The position numbers and the translations under genes are program-made. A stretch of 64,000 bases of DNA from Neoechinorhynchus agilis (lineage: Eukaryota > Animalia > Acanthocephala). The notes beneath the pieces are model-generated. The model was not told where the DNA came from. It saw only the letters and a program-made list of their open reading frames with translations, and ran no database searches. The stretch lies in contig CM121342.1 in assembly GCA_051530055.1 (NCBI GenBank), forward strand, positions 10,307,480 through 10,371,479, read 5' to 3'. Shown in pieces: positions 61,688 through 64,000 of this stretch (position 1 is the stretch's first letter; every line of letters starts with the position of its first letter).

Positions 61688-62260
61688 ATCGACGAATTCG
61701 CCCATTTTTGTTTTTTCTTAAACAATGGGCATGCAGCATTGACATTAATGACCCAAAAAATCATTCTTTATCGAGCTATGCACTTTGTCTTTTGGCGATC
61801 CACTTCTTTCAATTTGCATGCGATCCACTGGTGCTACCGTGTCTTCAAAGGTTATGGCCAGAAATGTTCAGCTTTAGTCGAACTTGCCAAGAACTAGCAA
61901 AGGAACATTCGGATCTCGACAAGATTATTCCTGACAAAGGATGGAAATCTCAAAACAAACAGTGTCTTGGAAGTTTGTTTCACGATTTTCTACTCTACTA
62001 CAAAGATTTCGATTATGACCAAATTGTCATCTCAGTTCGTTCAGGACGAAAGTACCACCTAAGCGATCCAGAAGTTCAAGAATATGCAAGCAAGATAAAG
62101 TTGGCGAGTTCCTTTATTAATGTAGAGGAACCGCTATACTTTTATAACGTCGGGCGATCAGTGAATGAGCGCCGGCATTTTTATCGTTTAAGGATCTAGA
62201 TGAGAAGTTGAAGTACGTTGAAATCGGAAATTGAAATGAAAACAAAGTCAAATGAATTAT
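61688..62260 (+). pseudogene. 5'-truncated duplicate of GLD-2/TENT2 lacking the catalytic aspartates
   Basis: 61690-62188 differs from 31920-32418 at only a few bases seen by eye. A ~24-bp deletion and a diverged tail follow. Confidence 0.9.
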
Positions 62261-62426
62261 GAGATGGAGTACAAATGAAATTTGGATTTGTACATGAAAC
62301 TGGTCCTTCGTTCAGAATATTGGATTTAGTCGGCATGAGAATAAAACACCCTAATTTGTGTATTAAGCATTCCACCTTGCGAATTTCGTAAAATTGTTGT
62401 AACTCTGAATCAACCCTGATTTACAG

Positions 62427-64000
62427 ATGACATTTTGCCGCTCGTTTTCAGTGATTTATTCGAGCGCGAATGAGAACACCATCGATGTTATAACGGATGA
62501 AGGACTTCCAACAGAATTGCAGAAAAGTCTAAGCCTTCACACTGGTTCGTTCGCAGTCTTTGCAACATCATTGTCGCTATATCCTGAATTCGAGCGACAT
62601 ACGTATTTCGAACATGATTTGATTGAGCATATGAAAACAATTTTAAATTTGAGAGTACCCATAGCGCTTGTTGCGTCTGAGGGCAATACGCTTTTCTTCT
62701 TACGTGATTGGCTCGGTCTTAGAAGTCTTGTAATGGAATCAATAAACAAAGAGGGCGAGATTGTCGTTCATTTAAGTAGTACAGATCGATTTGGCAATGG
62801 GGATGAAGTTGAATATGGAAAAGTGTGGTCTTTCGACCTAAAAACTAGACAGACAAAATGCCTATATGCGGATAAGTACGTCGTATCTTCAATCGAGAAG
62901 TTAACGGATCAATGTTTAATTCCACGATTTGTACAAATACTTCGACGAACTGTGAAAGCTCGGTTAAAGCAGAAAACCTTACCTATTTTATTCTCTGGAG
63001 GTGTCGATTCGTTATTATTAGTCAAAATCTGCCTCCAAGAACTCGAGTCGGTAAAAAGAATTTGTCTCATTAACGTAAGTTTCGACGGTGAACACGCACC
63101 TGATAGGATATCCGCCAAAGAAATTCTCGGAACTTTGATGGATAAGCGCATTTGTAAGCACTATATTTGACGTAGGGTTTCTTTTTAGAGCGTCAAATCT
63201 TTAGTCATTACTCATTGGATTGAAGGCTCAATCGAAGATCAAAATGAACTTATCCCAATCGCTCAGTCATGTAAGCCGAACAATAGTGTACTTGATTGGA
63301 GTTTGGCGCGTGTTCTTTGGGTCGCGTTATGGAAATATTCACAATCAAAATGTTGGTCTTCAAACGCAGTCGTTGTAAGTGGACTCGGAGCCGATGAAAT
63401 TTTCGCTGGATATGCGAGGCATTCGCGAGAAACTACAGCCAGCTTACGAAAATGCTTAATGAGCGATCTTGGGAAAGTTGGGAAACGAAATGGAGGCCGC
63501 GATGATCGTGTTGCGCTTTTATCAACTAAAGGAGGCGAATTGTTTTGTCCGTTTTTAGAGAAGGAAGTTGTTGATTTTGCCATGAACGAAGTCAAAGATG
63601 ATTTTAAATTGAAAACGGAAAACGGCAAAGTTGTTAATAAGTTCATTTTGAGGCAAACTTTAAAGGAATGAAGTTCTCAATTCGAATCAGTTTTAATATT
63701 ATGGGAGAAAAGAGATTACTTAAACATCTATTATATTGTTGATTTTTGGTTGATCTTCTCTAAAATTTGTACATATAATCCTGCGCAGAATTTTTTCTAT
63801 AAAATCAAAACCTAAAAGTAAATTTGAGAAAACCATTCCAATAATTAAGCTCGGATGTCCTGAGGATATTGCGATGCGTCCTAAACGAGCAATGCAATTT
63901 GGTTCTAATATAGTTAAAGATGACAAGACGAGATTCGGTTACAAGTGTAAAAAAGGAGCATGCGAGCTGAATAGTGAAGAAATGATAAAAATTTTGAACA
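62427..64000 (+). CDS. ASNSD1: Asparagine synthetase domain-containing protein 1 (runs off the window end)
   Basis: ILFSGGVDS, LINVSF, APDRIS, SVLDWSL, SGLGADEIFAGYARH, RNGGRDDRV, PFLEKEVV and PKRAMQFGS. 51-nt GT-AG intron 63154-63204. Confidence 0.93.
63661..63843. other. TA-bounded inverted-repeat insertion in ASNSD1 (181 nt removed with one TA)
   Basis: Ends read inward TAAAGGAATGAAGTTCTCAA and TATTGGAATGGTTTTCTCAA. Removal gives KFILRQTL|IKLGCPEDIAMRPKRAMQFGS. Confidence 0.72.

Noticed and set aside
63150-63205. First break in ASNSD1 as another non-canonical element
   Set aside because: Resolved by an ordinary 51-nt GTAAGC...TTTAG intron.
1-64000. Ciliate origin or contamination as the source of the IES-like segments
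   Set aside because: The standard genetic code is used, and the interrupted and neighbouring genes (PICK1, nAChR, Ig-domain protein, BARD1) are animal-type.

Overview
AT-rich, gene-dense nuclear DNA from an animal with a compact genome. Ordinary introns are about 45-55 nt GT-AG. The PxK-type nAChR M2 segment suggests a spiralian/lophotrochozoan host (inference). Recognisable genes: NIP7, PSMD3/Rpn3, TMA16, a non-alpha nAChR-like subunit, a PAP2 lipid-phosphate phosphatase, a multi-Ig protein, a divergent histone H3, two tandem myristoylated Pro-rich EF-hand proteins, GLD-2/TENT2 (plus a partial second copy), PICK1, BARD1, MECR, RPS21, MRPL30, PLRG1, ELOB, CMTR2 and ASNSD1 (runs off the window). 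Between them lie dead CR1/L2-like LINEs, two families of RLE-type retrotransposon fragments, several foldback MITE families, a tRNA-like SINE candidate, and 107-bp and ~148-bp tandem arrays. Main discovery: five coding sequences are interrupted (PICK1 twice, MECR, ASNSD1, one EF-hand gene) by 60-2543 bp segments. Each is bounded by a TA direct repeat and short inverted repeats with a TA-NN-G end. Exact removal with one TA restores the frame and, in the conserved genes, the family sequence, whereas GT-AG splicing gives a stop or a distorted protein in the clearest cases. This resembles ciliate TA-IES DNA elimination or inverted-repeat-guided non-canonical RNA excision, but in an animal. All gene models were derived by eye and reference proteins were recalled from memory; no searches were run.
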